The notes beneath the pieces were generated by a model. It made no database searches. It was given only the letters and a program-made list of their open reading frames with translations, and was not told the origin of the DNA. Shown one piece after another: positions 1 to 9,881 of a stretch of 64,000 nt of DNA. Source of the DNA: a bacterium (lineage in GTDB: Bacteria > Pseudomonadota > Alphaproteobacteria > Rhizobiales > JAKIUO01); assembly GCA_024228495.1 (NCBI GenBank), contig JAAETJ010000362.1:10308-74307 (forward strand), read 5' to 3'. Each line of letters starts with the position of its first letter. Within the stretch, counting starts at the first letter, position 1. A program made the position numbers and the translations under genes.

Positions 1-780
1 TCGGAAGATAGTGATTTTTGCCGCTATATCGAGATTGCTGGAAAAACCGGTTTGGTTAATCTGGGGCGCTGTCGTCAAGACAGCTTTTTGAGTTATGGTG
101 CCTATAAATCTGATAACGATCCGGTCTTTGCAGCCGGGGCGATAAAAAAAATGCAAAAACATGATTTCTTGTCACAAAAGATCACCGAGGATTTATCACA
201 TAGTTGGATGAGCCAAAGCAATGGTGCAAAACATCCCTTTGATGGCATGACCATTCCCGACTATGGCGCTGATAACGGCTATAGCTGGTGCAAGGCACCA
301 CGACTTGATGGAGAGGTATTTGAACTGGGTGCTCTTGCTCGCCAAAGCGTTGACGGTCATCCGCTGGTACGGGATATGGTCAGGCAAAATGGAGCCAATG
401 TATTCAGCCGCACGATTGCCCGCTTACTGGAAATTGCGCTGACTATTCCTCTTATGGAACAATGGGTCGGAGAATTGCAGCCGGGGGAACGGTTCTGTAT
501 TACAGAAAAAATGCCGGATGAAGGACAAGGGGTCGGATTGGTCGAGGCCGCAAGAGGCGGGCTTGGTCACTGGATCAAGGTCAAAAACAATTACATACTC
601 AACTATCAGATTATAGCTCCGACCAGTTGGAATTTTTCTCCCCGAGATGAAGCGGGTACACCTGGAGCATTAGAGCAGGCTCTTGTTGGCACCAAGGTTG
701 ATGAGAGTGATGAAGAGCCCATATTGGTCCAGCATGTGGTTCGCTCATTCGACCCTTGCATGTTTTGTACGGTGCACTGA
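1..780 (+). CDS. [NiFe]-hydrogenase large subunit, C-terminal part (5' end lies outside the window); sensor/regulatory HupV/HoxC-like
   Basis: Frame 1 is open from nt 1, with no stop before the first Met at 52, so the CDS enters from upstream. It carries large-subunit C-terminal motifs (GLVEAARGGLGHW, APTSWNFSPRD). It ends ...VRSFDPCMFCTVH-stop, so the DPCxxCxxH Ni-Fe ligand motif forms the very last residues. Confidence 0.75.
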   Translation, partial: SEDSDFCRYIEIAGKTGLVNLGRCRQDSFLSYGAYKSDNDPVFAAGAIKKMQKHDFLSQKITEDLSHSWMSQSNGAKHPFDGMTIPDYGADNGYSWCKAPRLDGEVFELGALARQSVDGHPLVRDMVRQNGANVFSRTIARLLEIALTIPLMEQWVGELQPGERFCITEKMPDEGQGVGLVEAARGGLGHWIKVKNNYILNYQIIAPTSWNFSPRDEAGTPGALEQALVGTKVDESDEEPILVQHVVRSFDPCMFCTVH

Positions 781-3164
781 TGGAGTTGATTAGAAAAAAA
801 GGCGACTGTGCGAAAAAGACCTCAAAAAGGACTGGCCAGGAAATTCGGGTGCGTGGTCAGGTTCAGGGCGTCGGTTTCAGGCCAAATGTCTGGCGGCTAG
901 CGAAAGAATGTGAGCTGATTGGTCATGTGCTCAATGATGGCAACGGCGTTCTCATCAAGGTTTGGGGAGAAGGTCAGCGGATCAATGAGTTTATAAAGCG
1001 GCTGGAGCATGAAGCCCCGATGCTGGCCCGTATTAACCATATTGAAAGCTGTGAGATCATTGAGCCAGCGGATTGTAAAAAATTTCACATCAGACATTCC
1101 GGGCAGGGGGAAAACAATACCGGCATCGTCCCCGATGCTGCGACCTGTCCCGACTGTCTGGCCGATATCATCGATCAGCAAAGCCGTCGCTATCGCTATG
1201 CCTTCACAAATTGCACTCATTGCGGGCCGCGCCTTTCCATCATTCATACTATTCCCTATGACCGTGCCAATACGGCCATGGTTTCTTTCCCCATGTGTGA
1301 TGAATGTCAAAGTGAATATGACAATCCTGCAGACAGGCGTTTTCATGCCCAGCCCAATGCCTGTCCGGCCTGTGGTCCCAAGGTCTGGCTTGAGGACAGT
1401 GGAGGCAATGCCGTTGATATATCGGCTGATGAAGATACTATTGCGGCCGCTGCACGTTTGATTTGCGAGGGGTATATTGTAGCAATAAAGGGCATTGGTG
1501 GCTTTCATTTGGCCTGTGATGCTACCTCTGAAAATGCTGTTAACGAGCTCCGGCGGAGAAAAAATCGTTATCACAAGCCCTTCGCGCTTATGGCGAGGGA
1601 TCTTTCGATTGTTTCCCGTTATGTGAAAACCAGTAATGAGGATTGTCAATTGCTAGAGGACAGGGCTGCCCCGATAGTCCTGCTTGAGCGTGTGAAGAAT
1701 TCCCTGCTTCTGGCATCTGCTATTGCACCAGAGCAAGATTCTCTTGGTTTTATGTTGCCCTATACGCCCCTTCATCATCTCCTATTGCAAGAGCTTGATT
1801 TCCCCATTGTTATGACCTCGGGTAATATCAGTTACGAGCCGCAGGTCATTGACAATGTCGATGCCAGACAAAAGCTTTGTGCAATAGCAGACTATCTGCT
1901 GTTCAACGACCGCGATATTGTTAACCGGCTGGATGATTCAGTGGTGCGCATGGTCGCAAGCAACCAGCAGACATTGCGCCGCGCTCGTGGATATGCTCCC
2001 TCTGCAATGCTTCTGCCGCAAGGATTTAAAAATGCCCCCGCGATATTGTCAATGGGAGCGCAGATGAAGAACACATTCTGCCTGCTGAAAGATGGGAGTG
2101 CCATTCTCTCACAACATATGGGCGATATTGCTGATGCCGCTACTCATCGGGCATATCGCGAATCACTCACCCTCTATCAACGCCTGTTTGATTTTAAACC
2201 CTCATTGATTGCCATAGATTACCACTCCGGTTACCATTCCTCATTATGGGGCATGGCCCTTGCAAAAAGCAACAACTGTTCGCTTGAAAAGATCCAGCAT
2301 CATCACGCCCATATTGCTGCCTGCATGGTTGAGCACGGCCTGCCGATGGATGTAGCGCCGGTTCTGGGGGTTGTCCTTGATGGTCTGGGCCTTGGTGAAA
2401 GGGATGAAATCTGGGGCGGCGAATTTCTGCTGGCCGATTATTGCAGCTTTGAGCGTCTGGGTCATTTTGATCCTGTACCGCTTCCAGGCGGCGACATGGC
2501 CATACGCGAACCATGGCGCAATGCCTATGCCCATTTGCATACCTCCATTGGATGGGACGAGGTTTGCGCTGATTACTCTCAACTGGAGATTGTTGGCTTG
2601 CTGCAAACGAAATCACTTGGCAATCTGAAAATCATGTGCGAGCGGGGCCTCAGCAGTCCTCCTGCCAGCTCTGCCGGGCGCCTGTTTGATGCTTGTGCTG
2701 CCATGCTCGACATCCACCCCGACAAGATAAGCTATGAAGGGCAAGCTGCGATGGAACTGGAAGCACTGGCTACCGGTTGCTTTGAACATGACGCAGGTTG
2801 TTATCAGCATTCTCTAAAAGATGAACATCCGGCCAGAATTAACTGGCGGCAAATGTGGCGGGGTGTGCTCGATGATTTGTCCTCCAATATGAATAAGGTA
2901 CTCATCGCCAGGCGTTTTCACAACAGCGTTGCCGCCGCTATAGTGCAGATGGTTCAGTATTGCGCAGAACGCGAAAAATTTGAGCAGGTCTTTCTGTCCG
3001 GTGGTGTTTTTCAAAACCGGCTGCTTTTGAAATCAGTTTCCAGTGATCTTGAAAATCGGGGGTTTAATGTCCTTGTCCCACAAAAGATGCCAGCAGGTGA
3101 TGGTGGCATATCGCTGGGACAGGCTGTAATTACCGCCGCGCGTTACCAGAAAGAAAAGACATAA
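780..3164 (+). CDS. hypF: Hydrogenase maturation carbamoyltransferase HypF
   Basis: Acylphosphatase-like N-terminus (VRGQVQGVGFRPNVWRLA). Two zinc-finger pairs (CPDC..CTHCGPR, CDEC..CPACGP). YrdC-like and Kae1-like C-terminal domains. The ATG at 780 overlaps the upstream TGA; the ORF-track start at 756 is less likely. Confidence 0.95.
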   Translation: MELIRKKGDCAKKTSKRTGQEIRVRGQVQGVGFRPNVWRLAKECELIGHVLNDGNGVLIKVWGEGQRINEFIKRLEHEAPMLARINHIESCEIIEPADCKKFHIRHSGQGENNTGIVPDAATCPDCLADIIDQQSRRYRYAFTNCTHCGPRLSIIHTIPYDRANTAMVSFPMCDECQSEYDNPADRRFHAQPNACPACGPKVWLEDSGGNAVDISADEDTIAAAARLICEGYIVAIKGIGGFHLACDATSENAVNELRRRKNRYHKPFALMARDLSIVSRYVKTSNEDCQLLEDRAAPIVLLERVKNSLLLASAIAPEQDSLGFMLPYTPLHHLLLQELDFPIVMTSGNISYEPQVIDNVDARQKLCAIADYLLFNDRDIVNRLDDSVVRMVASNQQTLRRARGYAPSAMLLPQGFKNAPAILSMGAQMKNTFCLLKDGSAILSQHMGDIADAATHRAYRESLTLYQRLFDFKPSLIAIDYHSGYHSSLWGMALAKSNNCSLEKIQHHHAHIAACMVEHGLPMDVAPVLGVVLDGLGLGERDEIWGGEFLLADYCSFERLGHFDPVPLPGGDMAIREPWRNAYAHLHTSIGWDEVCADYSQLEIVGLLQTKSLGNLKIMCERGLSSPPASSAGRLFDACAAMLDIHPDKISYEGQAAMELEALATGCFEHDAGCYQHSLKDEHPARINWRQMWRGVLDDLSSNMNKVLIARRFHNSVAAAIVQMVQYCAEREKFEQVFLSGGVFQNRLLLKSVSSDLENRGFNVLVPQKMPAGDGGISLGQAVITAARYQKEKT

Positions 3165-3883
3165 TGAGTACAGTTTTGCTATTGGGGTTCCTTCTGGGTA
3201 TGCGTCATTCTCTTGAGGCCGATCATATTGCCGCTGTTGCCAGCTTGATAACCCGCAATCAGAGCATGAAAAATGCTGTTAGACAGGGGGCTGTCTGGGG
3301 TGTCGGCCATATATTGATGTTGTTTGTTTTTGGTGCAGCGGCACTTTTGTTTCATTCAACAATTTCGCAAACGCTGGCCATGTGGCTGGAATTGCTGGTC
3401 GGCGCGATGCTGGTTATGCTGGGCCTTGATGTTATATACCGCCTCATACGCGATCGTGTTCATTATCACATTCATGACCACGATAGGGAAATACACCATT
3501 TTCACGCCCATTCGCACAAAAATGAAAAAAAGCAAAAACCTCACCCCAGACATCACGCCCATGAACATCATGGGGCTTTCCCAAAGCGCGCTTTGTTTGT
3601 CGGCATGATGCACGGTATGGCCGGTTCTGCAGTTTTGATTGTCATGACCCTGCAAAGCATCAAATCTATCTGGACCGGGCTGTTCTATATAGCTTTGTTC
3701 GGTATTGGCTCAATAATCGGTATGGCTGCCCTGACGGTGATTATCGCCATTCCCTTGCAAAAATCCAGCTTTCTGACTCGCTTTCACAATGTGATGCAAG
3801 CCCTGATCGGCACAACAACCATTGTCCTTGGTTTGATGATTATGCATACTTTTTATGCAGGTATTATTTCTGTGCCCGGATAA
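3164..3883 (+). CDS. Nickel/cobalt permease, NiCoT-related (UreH/HupN-like), with His-rich loop
   Basis: About 6 hydrophobic helices. RHSLEADHIAAV resembles the HX4DH NiCoT signature. The loop is HYHIHDHDREIHHFHAHSH...HPRHHAHEHH. TAATG start/stop overlap with hypF. Confidence 0.7.
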   Translation: MSTVLLLGFLLGMRHSLEADHIAAVASLITRNQSMKNAVRQGAVWGVGHILMLFVFGAAALLFHSTISQTLAMWLELLVGAMLVMLGLDVIYRLIRDRVHYHIHDHDREIHHFHAHSHKNEKKQKPHPRHHAHEHHGAFPKRALFVGMMHGMAGSAVLIVMTLQSIKSIWTGLFYIALFGIGSIIGMAALTVIIAIPLQKSSFLTRFHNVMQALIGTTTIVLGLMIMHTFYAGIISVPG

Positions 3884-3997
3884 GCAAATTCCACTCCCCC
3901 CAATTGCATAAATAATCCAACTGCCTATAAGTAGACCTGCTTCACAATTAGTAAAACGCGTGTTTTTTCGCATATTGTCCATGCAGGAGGATTTTTC

Positions 3998-4108
3998 ATG
4001 AACACATTGAAATCTTACGAGCGAGACCCGCGTTATTTTTCCGTCTTTCGGGCAAACGGACGAACAGATCAAGTAGCTGGTGACAAAGCTTGTGCTCGCA
4101 TTCCTTGA
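3998..4108 (+). CDS. Candidate 36-codon small ORF (MNTLKSYERDPRYFSVFRANGRTDQVAGDKACARIP)
   Basis: ATG is preceded by AGGAGG with a 7-nt spacer (gcAGGAGGatttttcATG). It is below the ORF-track length cut-off. No recognisable family. Confidence 0.25.
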   Translation: MNTLKSYERDPRYFSVFRANGRTDQVAGDKACARIP

Positions 4109-4283
4109 TCAGCCAATTAACATCTCCCGCCATTGGCAGCGCTGATATGCCGGTTTTTATGGTGTTTAGAATATTTGTTAGCTTTATATCTTATAGTTCA
4201 GGCATCGTGGCTGGTTGGCTGATCGAGAGTTTGCTAAAAGGGTTCTGGAATTTGATGAATTCGAAACCTGTTGAGATTTGATT

Positions 4284-4976
4284 ATGACGCGTAACATTTT
4301 AATCGTTGATGACGACCCTCATATTTTGGAAATCATCAGTTTTGCGCTCGACAAAGCGGGTATGAAAACCGAAATGGCTGCGGATGGGCAAGATGCCCTG
4401 ACAACAATCAAAGCCCATAATTTTGATCTCATCGTGCTTGATATTTCCATGCCAGAGCTTGATGGCCTCGAGGTCTGCCGGGAGCTTCGCAAAACATCCG
4501 AAGTGCCGGTGCTATTTTTATCCTCGCGCGACGAAGAAATAGATCGTATCGTTGGCTTGGAAATCGGCGGCGATGATTATGTCACCAAACCGTTCAGCGT
4601 GCGCGAGCTGGTGGCCCGTATTAAGGCAATTTTGAAACGAACGACGTCAGTTGCGCCAAAAGAGCAGGGCGATGAGCCATTGCGTCATGGCGGTGTCGTG
4701 TTGGAACCTCGGCAGCACCGGGTACGTTTCGAAAAGTTCGATGTGCAACTGACGGCCACCGAATTTTCCATTCTCAAAGCTTTTCTGGATCAGCCCTTGC
4801 GAGCCTTTGATCGCAATAATATCATCGATAAAATCTATGATTTCAATATCCATGTTTCGGATCGTACTATTGATAGTCATGTCCGTCATATCCGCAACAA
4901 ATTTGCTGTTTTAGGTTGTGATAATCTGATCGAGACGGTGCATGGCATTGGTTATCGGCTTGGTTCGTGCAGATAA
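4284..4976 (+). CDS. OmpR-family response regulator (receiver + winged-helix)
   Basis: ILIVDDD...DLIVLDISMPELDG receiver motifs, KPF, and a C-terminal trans_reg_C-like domain (TVHGIGYRL). First ATG is at 4284; the track start at 4278 is TTG. Confidence 0.9.
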   Translation: MTRNILIVDDDPHILEIISFALDKAGMKTEMAADGQDALTTIKAHNFDLIVLDISMPELDGLEVCRELRKTSEVPVLFLSSRDEEIDRIVGLEIGGDDYVTKPFSVRELVARIKAILKRTTSVAPKEQGDEPLRHGGVVLEPRQHRVRFEKFDVQLTATEFSILKAFLDQPLRAFDRNNIIDKIYDFNIHVSDRTIDSHVRHIRNKFAVLGCDNLIETVHGIGYRLGSCR

Positions 4977-6641
4977 GTGTGGGCGAGCAATGACATGATT
5001 CCAGACTGGTATAGCGGATTGAAACGCGTGTTGACGCGGCTTGGTATTCTGCCCTTGAGCCTGTGGGTGATCCTGCTCATCGTTAATCTAACAGTGCTCA
5101 TATTGCCACTTGGCAGTATTTTCTTTTTTCGCATTTACGAGAACCAGCTGATCGCGGAAACCGAGGCCGAACTGATCTCGCAATCGGTATATATTGGCGA
5201 GATGTACAAGCGCGAGATACGTGATCAGCTTGAAGAGAAAACGAGAGACGAGTATGGCCGCGTGCTGGAAAAACCGCCACCTAAAGCTTCCGTTGATTTC
5301 TACACGCCTCTCACGCCAAAACTTGATCTGGCAACGGGGACCATTTATCCTAAACGCCCCGATGGCGGCTTGCCAACTACGCCTGCGGATACCGCCGCGA
5401 TAGCGGCTGGTAGGAATCTCAACGAGATGTTACTTGAAGCGCAAAGAACGACACTGGCGGGCATCCGGGTGCTCGATTTTAACGGCACGGTTATTGCTGG
5501 TGCCAATGAAAACGGATTATCTTTTGCCCATGTGAGCGAAGTGATCGGTGCTCTTAACGGTGATTATACCAGTGTTATTCGCCAGCGTATTTCGGACGAG
5601 CCACCACCCTCTATTGCTTCGATCAGTAGAGGCACCGGTATTCGTATTTTTACGGTCTATCCCATAATTTCAAATGATCATTTATGGGGCGCTGTGTATC
5701 TGTCGCGGACACCAAAAAGCATTCTCAAGCACATGTTTGCCGAAAGAACCAAGGTGATCCTGGCGGGGCTTAGTATGTTGGCGATGACCTTGTTCATCGT
5801 GGTTATTACTTCCTGGACCATTGTGCGCCCGATCTATCTACTGATTGAGCGTACCAAGAAGATTTCGGCGGGAGACAAAGAAGCGCTGGAGCCGATTGAG
5901 CTGCCCGGCACCAAAGAAATGGCATTACTGACGCGCAGTTTTTCAGATACCGCCCGCTCGCTGCATGAGCGCTCAAATTATATAAAAAACTTTGCGACCC
6001 ATGTCTCGCATGAGCTAAAGACGCCGCTGACTTCAATCCGCGGCGCGGCAGAACTTTTGGGAGAACATTTTGAGGAGATGACGCCGGACGAGCGATTGCG
6101 CTTCTTGACAAATATACAAGACGATAGTGATCGCTTGAAAATTTTGGTTTCTCGTTTGTTAGAGCTCGCGCAGGCGGATGGCTTTACGCCAAGTACGGAA
6201 ACAAGCGATTTGCTCGAAGTGCTAGGCACTTTGATAAAAAAGTATCAATCGGCAGAATTGAAACTGCATGTTTCGGAAAGCTCCTCCCTCATGGTCAAAA
6301 TGTCGAAAGAGGTTGTTGAGATGATTTTTACCAACCTTATCGACAATGCAAAGAAGCATCGAGCGAGTGAGATTTTTATTGAGATAGAACGGGTGGGAGA
6401 GCAGGTCGAGATCATTTTCGCGGATGATGGCGACGGCATCTCCAAAGCCAATGCGAGAAAAATATTCGATCCGTTCTTTACGACCAGAAGAGAGAGCGGT
6501 GGCACTGGCATCGGACTTGGTATCGTCAAATCGTTGATCGAAAACCATCATGGATCTATCCGCTTGCACGAAAGCGAAAAAGGCGCCCGCTTCGCCGTCT
6601 CACTTCTGGCGAAAGAATATACAGGCTTTTACGGTACGTGA
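4977..6641 (+). CDS. Sensor histidine kinase (2 TM, periplasmic domain, HAMP, HisKA, HATPase_c)
   Basis: H-box SHELKTPLTSIRG, N-box NLIDNAKKH, G-boxes DDGDGI and GGTGIGLGI. It abuts the regulator stop. The start could be GTG 4977 or ATG 4995. Confidence 0.9.
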   Translation: MWASNDMIPDWYSGLKRVLTRLGILPLSLWVILLIVNLTVLILPLGSIFFFRIYENQLIAETEAELISQSVYIGEMYKREIRDQLEEKTRDEYGRVLEKPPPKASVDFYTPLTPKLDLATGTIYPKRPDGGLPTTPADTAAIAAGRNLNEMLLEAQRTTLAGIRVLDFNGTVIAGANENGLSFAHVSEVIGALNGDYTSVIRQRISDEPPPSIASISRGTGIRIFTVYPIISNDHLWGAVYLSRTPKSILKHMFAERTKVILAGLSMLAMTLFIVVITSWTIVRPIYLLIERTKKISAGDKEALEPIELPGTKEMALLTRSFSDTARSLHERSNYIKNFATHVSHELKTPLTSIRGAAELLGEHFEEMTPDERLRFLTNIQDDSDRLKILVSRLLELAQADGFTPSTETSDLLEVLGTLIKKYQSAELKLHVSESSSLMVKMSKEVVEMIFTNLIDNAKKHRASEIFIEIERVGEQVEIIFADDGDGISKANARKIFDPFFTTRRESGGTGIGLGIVKSLIENHHGSIRLHESEKGARFAVSLLAKEYTGFYGT

Positions 6642-6675
6642 AGATGGCAGCCGGGACGAGTTGCGCTGCAGGGTG

Positions 6676-7050
6676 CTAATAGACCAGCTTGTAACAGGGC
6701 CTTGCTTCTACGGTACATGCCCAGTTTTTTAAATGGGTCTTTCCAGAGTACGGATTGCTGCGTTTTCCAGTGCGCGCCATAGCGACTGAATCGTGGCAAT
6801 TGATTGTTTTGTATCGAGCGTGATGCCAGAAATTGTATTTGAGGCCGAAGCTATCTCGTGCCTGACGTTTCCACTTTCGGACTGACAGCTTGTATGCCTC
6901 CCTTTTTGTCGAGCTTCGATCAGATCCCGAGAAGTATGATGTCTTGCAAAAAGTGGCCACTCCAGATCTGGCTGGTTTTTTTGTTGCATGGGTAATTGCG
7001 TTGACAGAAGCTATAAGAACCGCTGTCGACAGGATGGATTTTACAAACAT
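6676..7050 (-). CDS. Secreted hypothetical protein with four Cys
   Basis: Internal Met gives a signal-peptide-like N-terminus, MFVKSILSTAVLIASVNA. No family recognised. The 5' extension to 7146 is unlikely. Confidence 0.4.
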   Translation of the reverse strand: MFVKSILSTAVLIASVNAITHATKKPARSGVATFCKTSYFSGSDRSSTKREAYKLSVRKWKRQARDSFGLKYNFWHHARYKTINCHDSVAMARTGKRSNPYSGKTHLKNWACTVEARPCYKLVY

Positions 7051-7355
7051 TATATTCTCCTTCTTGAGCGGTGGTCCGGCCCTTTGGACAGCTCCCAAAA
7101 TCTCTTGTTGATTGACCTGCAGATAGGTAGTCGCGTCAAGGAACAAAGAAGTTCAAAAAAAGAATTTGTTTATTATCATAGAATTGGTCAGAGATCTTCG
7201 TTCAGGCGGAAACGGCTTTAGCCGGCCCATACCCTGTCTCCTTAAAATGAGTATACGAGGGCTACGGATGTTGCGTTTCAATGTTGAAGGGGCGAGTAAA
7301 AAAGTCCGAGAAGCAATTGCCACAATGGCTGGAAATACAAGCTAGATAGCAGTTT

Positions 7356-7844
7356 TTACCAGTCTGTTGCTTCGGTGATAATGTCTTTGACGAGCTTGAT
7401 GATTTCGCCGACAATCTTTTCAGACTCCTTGTTGGCAACAGGAATGCGGTAGGTCAGATGCACATTTTTGGGGTCATCTGTGAGTACATAGACGCTGATC
7501 GTGAATGGACACAAGACGATGTTCTCAGGATTGGCGGCGGCTAGCTTGTGCGAAATTTTGGCGCTGCAGAATTCAACTGTTTCAGCATTGATAAAAACAT
7601 TTTTCTTGATGTTGAACGCAGGGGCCGTTCGATTGAGCATTTCAGAAGCGCCCAGCGTATGAGCAATATTAATACCTTTGCCGATAATGACATCTTTCAA
7701 GCCAGCATAAACTTCGCTGAACTCGCCCTCCACGGTTTTAGTGACAAAGGGAACTTCATCAGCTTGTGCTTGTTTGTGTATTGGAGCAAGCATCAAGGTC
7801 AGAGCAAGCAAGACGAAGATGGTCAAGGATTTGGATTCTAACAT
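7356..7844 (-). CDS. Secreted DUF302-like protein
   Basis: Signal peptide (LTIFVLLALTLMLAPIHKQAQA) followed by a DUF302-like core (GINIAHTLGASEML...LCPFTISVY). Family assignment is from memory only. Confidence 0.5.
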   Translation of the reverse strand: MLESKSLTIFVLLALTLMLAPIHKQAQADEVPFVTKTVEGEFSEVYAGLKDVIIGKGINIAHTLGASEMLNRTAPAFNIKKNVFINAETVEFCSAKISHKLAAANPENIVLCPFTISVYVLTDDPKNVHLTYRIPVANKESEKIVGEIIKLVKDIITEATDW

Positions 7845-8032
7845 TTATGCTCTCGCAATCACAGAATTGGTTCGTACAGGAATTTACTCAACAAGTTTTA
7901 CTATCACACTGTTATCTGTTTAGAAACTGGCGGCAAGCAAAACTGAGCGATGAAGAAATTGAACAGCTCGCCCTTTATTGAGGTTCGCTGCCGCTTGAAG
8001 AATAGCTTTAAAAACGACTTTTACAGGGACGT

Positions 8033-8560
8033 CTACAGGGACGTCGCGGCGCGTGCAGCCTGATCATACAAGCCTGACAAGGTGCGCATAAGCCTGGCAG
8101 CCATGGTAATTTCCGATGGTACATAGCCGATGGCTTGCAGGGAATTGACAAGACATTTTTCACGAATATCACGGTAGCGCATACATGCTTCCTGACCTTT
8201 ATTGTTTGTTTTAAAAAACTTTTCCTTGCCCTTTTTTGTGCTCTCCACCAGACCGATTTTCTCAAGTTTTTTGAGGGCATAATTGACCGTGTGAGTGTCT
8301 TCAACATTCAGCACGAAGCAAATATCAGCAAGTTTTTTAGCGCGATCACGGTGATTGGTGGAGTGCAGCACCAGGACATCCAGAGCATTTAAATCGGGCA
8401 CGCCCGCCGCTGCCATACAGCGGGTCATCCAGCGTTCAAAAGCATTGTTGGCAATGATCAGGCCGAACTCGAACTCGGACAGTTCCACTGCTTTTTCTGA
8501 CACCAGATGCGAGGACGAAATTATCGGGCCGATTTCGTCTATTTTTATTTTGCTACTCAT
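8033..8560 (-). CDS. Winged-helix (MarR-like) transcriptional regulator
   Basis: wHTH pattern (LDVLVLHSTNHRDRAKKLADICFVLNVEDTHTVNYALKKLEKIGLV). It lies immediately downstream of the TRAP genes on the same strand. Confidence 0.6.
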   Translation of the reverse strand: MSSKIKIDEIGPIISSSHLVSEKAVELSEFEFGLIIANNAFERWMTRCMAAAGVPDLNALDVLVLHSTNHRDRAKKLADICFVLNVEDTHTVNYALKKLEKIGLVESTKKGKEKFFKTNNKGQEACMRYRDIREKCLVNSLQAIGYVPSEITMAARLMRTLSGLYDQAARAATSL

Positions 8561-8570
8561 TTTTCACCTG

Positions 8571-9872
8571 TTAGGCTCCCATCAGATTGGGGAGATATGT
8601 GACGATTTTGGGAAAGACGGTGATTAATGCAAGAGCCAGTAAAAGGAGCATAAAAAATGGCAGCGCGGCCTTGGCGACTTGCAAAATATTGCGGCCCGTG
8701 AGGGATTGAATGACAAACAGATTGAAGCCAACAGGGGGTGTGATTTGCGACATTTCCACGACAATCACCACGTAGATACCAAACCACAGAGGATCAATAC
8801 CGGCCTGTTCAACCATCGGCAGGATCACGGAGGTGGTTAGCACGACCACCGAAATGCCGTCGAGAAAACAACCCAGTATGACAAAGAACACGGTGAGGGC
8901 GGCCAGCAGGGCATAGGGGGACAGATGCAGAGCGCCAATCCATCCAGCTAACATACGCGGAATACCGGTAAAGCCCATTGAGACTGTGAGAAAAGCGGCG
9001 CCAGCCAGAATAAAGGCGATCATTGCCGAGGTTTTTGTGGCCCCCATCAAGCCATCCATAAAGGTCTGGCGGGTCAGTGACGAGGACGACCAGGACAATA
9101 TGAGCGCCAGCACAACACCAACAGCCGCCGCGTCCGTTGGTGAGGCGATGCCTGCATAGATTGCCCCGATGACCCCGGTAATAAGAAGCATGACAGGGAT
9201 CAAACGGCGTGATCTGCGCAGCTTTTCTCGTAACGGAATAGATGGGTCAGCTGGTGGCAGCTTATCGGGTTTGATCATCGACCAGATGATCACATAACCA
9301 ACGAACAAGGTGACCAGCAATATGCCGGGCAACACTCCAGCCACAAACAGGCGGGCGATTGATTGCTCGGTGGCAACTCCGTAGACGATCAGGATAATCG
9401 AAGGGGGAATAAGCAACCCAAGCGTCGCTGATCCGGCAAGCGTTCCAAGGATCAAGTTTTCGGGATATTTGCGCTCGGAAAGTTCAGGAATAGACAATTT
9501 GCCAATGGTGGCAGCTGTTGCGGCAGAGGACCCTGAAACAGCCGCGAAGATCCCGCATCCGAATATGTTGACATGCAACAAGCGCCCAGGCAATCGGTTC
9601 ATCCAGGGAGAAAGTCCCGTGAACATATCTTCGGATAGTCGCGACCGAAATAATATTTCACCCATCCAGATAAACAGGGGCAAGGCCGCTAATGCCCAGC
9701 TGTTACTGGCCCCCCAGACGGTCGTCGCGAGCACTTGTCCAAGGGGAGCTTCGGTAAATAAAGCCATACCGACCATGCCGACAATCATCAAGGAAAAGGC
9801 AACCCATACACCGGTTCCCAGTAGAAAAAACAAAATGCTAAGTAAGAGCAATGTGAGATATATCTGTTCCAT
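8571..9872 (-). CDS. TRAP transporter large permease (DctM family)
   Basis: 433-aa polytopic membrane protein with typical DctM composition, in the P-Q-M order. Confidence 0.9.
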   Translation of the reverse strand: MEQIYLTLLLLSILFFLLGTGVWVAFSLMIVGMVGMALFTEAPLGQVLATTVWGASNSWALAALPLFIWMGEILFRSRLSEDMFTGLSPWMNRLPGRLLHVNIFGCGIFAAVSGSSAATAATIGKLSIPELSERKYPENLILGTLAGSATLGLLIPPSIILIVYGVATEQSIARLFVAGVLPGILLVTLFVGYVIIWSMIKPDKLPPADPSIPLREKLRRSRRLIPVMLLITGVIGAIYAGIASPTDAAAVGVVLALILSWSSSSLTRQTFMDGLMGATKTSAMIAFILAGAAFLTVSMGFTGIPRMLAGWIGALHLSPYALLAALTVFFVILGCFLDGISVVVLTTSVILPMVEQAGIDPLWFGIYVVIVVEMSQITPPVGFNLFVIQSLTGRNILQVAKAALPFFMLLLLALALITVFPKIVTYLPNLMGA

Positions 9873-9881
9873 TGAATGTTC

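Noticed and set aside
897-1649. 250-aa minus-strand ORF (and several 60-150-aa ORFs on both strands) inside hypF
   Set aside because: It lies entirely within a confidently identified hypF reading frame. Its low-complexity Gly/Arg/Ile-rich translation is typical of antisense shadow ORFs in GC-biased codon positions, and it has no SD.
4090-4281. 63-aa plus-strand ORF immediately upstream of the response regulator
   Set aside because: It has no SD. It starts inside the stop region of the better-supported 36-codon ORF. Its hydrophobic translation could be real, but there is nothing to support it.
7204-7240. Possible extra family-A repeat copy (ggcggaaacggctttagccggcccataccctgtctcc)
   Set aside because: It shares only the 13-nt cggctttagccgg hairpin and a few flanking bases with the family, and the AATAGCCGTGAGA arm is not recognisable. 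It is mentioned in the finding but not counted as a copy.
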